A program made the position numbers and the translations under genes. A DNA stretch of 64,000 nt from an uncultured Chloroflexia bacterium (GTDB lineage: Bacteria > Chloroflexota > Anaerolineae > B4-G1 > SLSP01), in assembly GCA_963751345.1 (NCBI GenBank), contig CAVVUS010000030.1, forward strand, positions 64,001-128,000. The letters are read 5' to 3'. The notes under the pieces were generated by a model. It did not search any database. It saw only the letters and a list, made by a program, of their open reading frames with translations, and was not told the DNA's origin. This document shows positions 62,783 to 64,000 of this stretch, piece by piece (the stretch's first letter is position 1; each line of letters begins with the position of its first letter).

Positions 62783-63364
62783 TTACAGAACGTCGCGGCG
62801 CGTCACCTCCCAACCAGCCAGGACCGCGGCTATGAGGCCACCTACGCTTCCGACCAGCAGTTCCTTCACGGGGCGAACGCCCTCCTCCAGGATGTTGAGG
62901 GGCCGGATAGTGTCACTGAAACCGTTCGCGACCAGGACCGGCAGGGTGTAGGGATAGAAGCCGGCGTAGTCGCTTTGGATGACCATCACGCCGATGATGG
63001 TCATGGCCACGCCCACGGCACTGGCGACGAGTTCGCGCATGCTGAAAGGCTTGGTCAAATAGTCGTCTGCTCCCACCTCCAGGCCGATGACCCGATCAGC
63101 CTCCTCGCCGCGGGCCGTCAACATGAGGATAGGTACCGGCGAGGTTTGCCTAATCTGGCGCAAAACCTCCAGGCCATCAAGGCCCGGCAGCATCCAGTCA
63201 AGGATGATCAGATCGGGGTCGTGCCTGGCGTGAAGCTGCAGTGCCGAGAGTCCATCACCGGCGTGGACGACATCGTAGCCAAAGCCCTGCAGTTCCCGAT
63301 GGATGACCTCCGCAAGCTCAAAGGCATCCTCTACGAGCAAGATCGTGGTCATGGATGTCATCAC
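62783..63364 (-). pseudogene. Chimeric ORF: OmpR-type receiver domain fused in frame to the C-terminal end of an ABC-2 type permease (probable deletion scar)
   Basis: The REC domain ends DDYLTKPFSMRELVA and continues directly into SAVGVAMTIIG...FYPYTLP...VTRRDVL. No winged-helix DNA-binding domain. Confidence 0.65.
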
Positions 63365-63462
63365 TTCGTTTCTATCCTAAATGAATCGAGACCATCGTCC
63401 CACGAAGGATCTGCATAGCGCCATCTTGAGCTTGCATGCACTCATGTTAGAATACACCCCTG

Positions 63463-64000
63463 ATGCATATCCGAAACCTGAGCTTGCGGCAATTCCGCAC
63501 GTACAATCGTCTGGAGCTAGATCTGCCCGCCGCCCCCATTCTCCTCTTGGGTGCAAATGCACAAGGCAAAACCAGCCTTCTTGAGGCCATGGCCTTCCTT
63601 GCACTCGGATCCTCTCCCCTCACCAGTGTTGACCAACAGGTGATCCATTGGAACGCGGAAGAGGCAATGCTACCCTACTCCCACTTGAGGGCAGAGGTCA
63701 CCCACAAAGATCGGACGGAAACCCTGGAAGTTGCTCTTGAGCGGAAGTCCCTGGCCAATGGGCAGCGAAGGATGCAGAAAAGCTTCCGTATCGATCAACG
63801 CTCGGTGCGGCGCTCCGACCTTGCCGGGCACCTGAACGTGGTGCTTTTCCTGCCCGAGGACTTGATGCTCGTCCACGGGCCGCCATCGGATCGCCGTCGA
63901 TACCTGGACAACCTCCTCTCGCAAGTCTACCCTTCCTACGTTGAGGTATACGCAGTCTACCGCAACGCAGTTTCGCGGCGCAATGCCCTGCTCCGGCATC
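63463..64000 (+). CDS. recF: DNA replication and repair protein RecF (3' partial; absent from the ORF track)
   Basis: Manual translation: MHIRNLSLRQFRTY...GANAQGKTSLLEA...NVVLFLPEDLMLVHGPPSDRRRYLD...RRNALLR. Confidence 0.93.
   Translation, partial: MHIRNLSLRQFRTYNRLELDLPAAPILLLGANAQGKTSLLEAMAFLALGSSPLTSVDQQVIHWNAEEAMLPYSHLRAEVTHKDRTETLEVALERKSLANGQRRMQKSFRIDQRSVRRSDLAGHLNVVLFLPEDLMLVHGPPSDRRRYLDNLLSQVYPSYVEVYAVYRNAVSRRNALLRH

Noticed and set aside
63670-63999. Minus-strand ORFs at the window end
   Set aside because: The plus strand encodes RecF, which the ORF track missed because it runs off the window.

Overview
GC-rich bacterial DNA whose gene content and style (Tat-lipoprotein sugar-binding protein, HTH/HATPase/REC regulator, thyX, XPB with helicase-associated partners) suggest Chloroflexota, probably Anaerolineae; this is inference. 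Many genes, including housekeeping ones (pyk, prmC, glgP), are split by frameshifts, which points to long-read indel errors rather than real pseudogenes. The main feature is a ~19 kb minus-strand operon (20582 to 1678). It encodes five ~750-840 aa paralogs of an uncharacterised family (shared N-terminal core plus repeated beta-sandwich-like modules), a short core-only paralog and a divergent seventh member. An HKD phospholipase D sits in the middle, and a QW-repeat terpene-cyclase-like / ABBA-prenyltransferase-like enzyme sits at the end. It is a candidate undescribed multi-subunit membrane-attack or effector-delivery system. The rest holds a TPR-DinG helicase with a LexA-like box, a glycyl radical enzyme/UroD-family/sugar ABC catabolic locus with a two-component system, tRNA-Gln, an MscS-ParB fusion, central metabolism and housekeeping genes (pyk, radC, thyX, leuS, kptA, rfbB, prmC, glgP, recF), an XPB helicase with two partner proteins and a TPR/TFIIB-like protein, and a deletion-scar chimeric response regulator.
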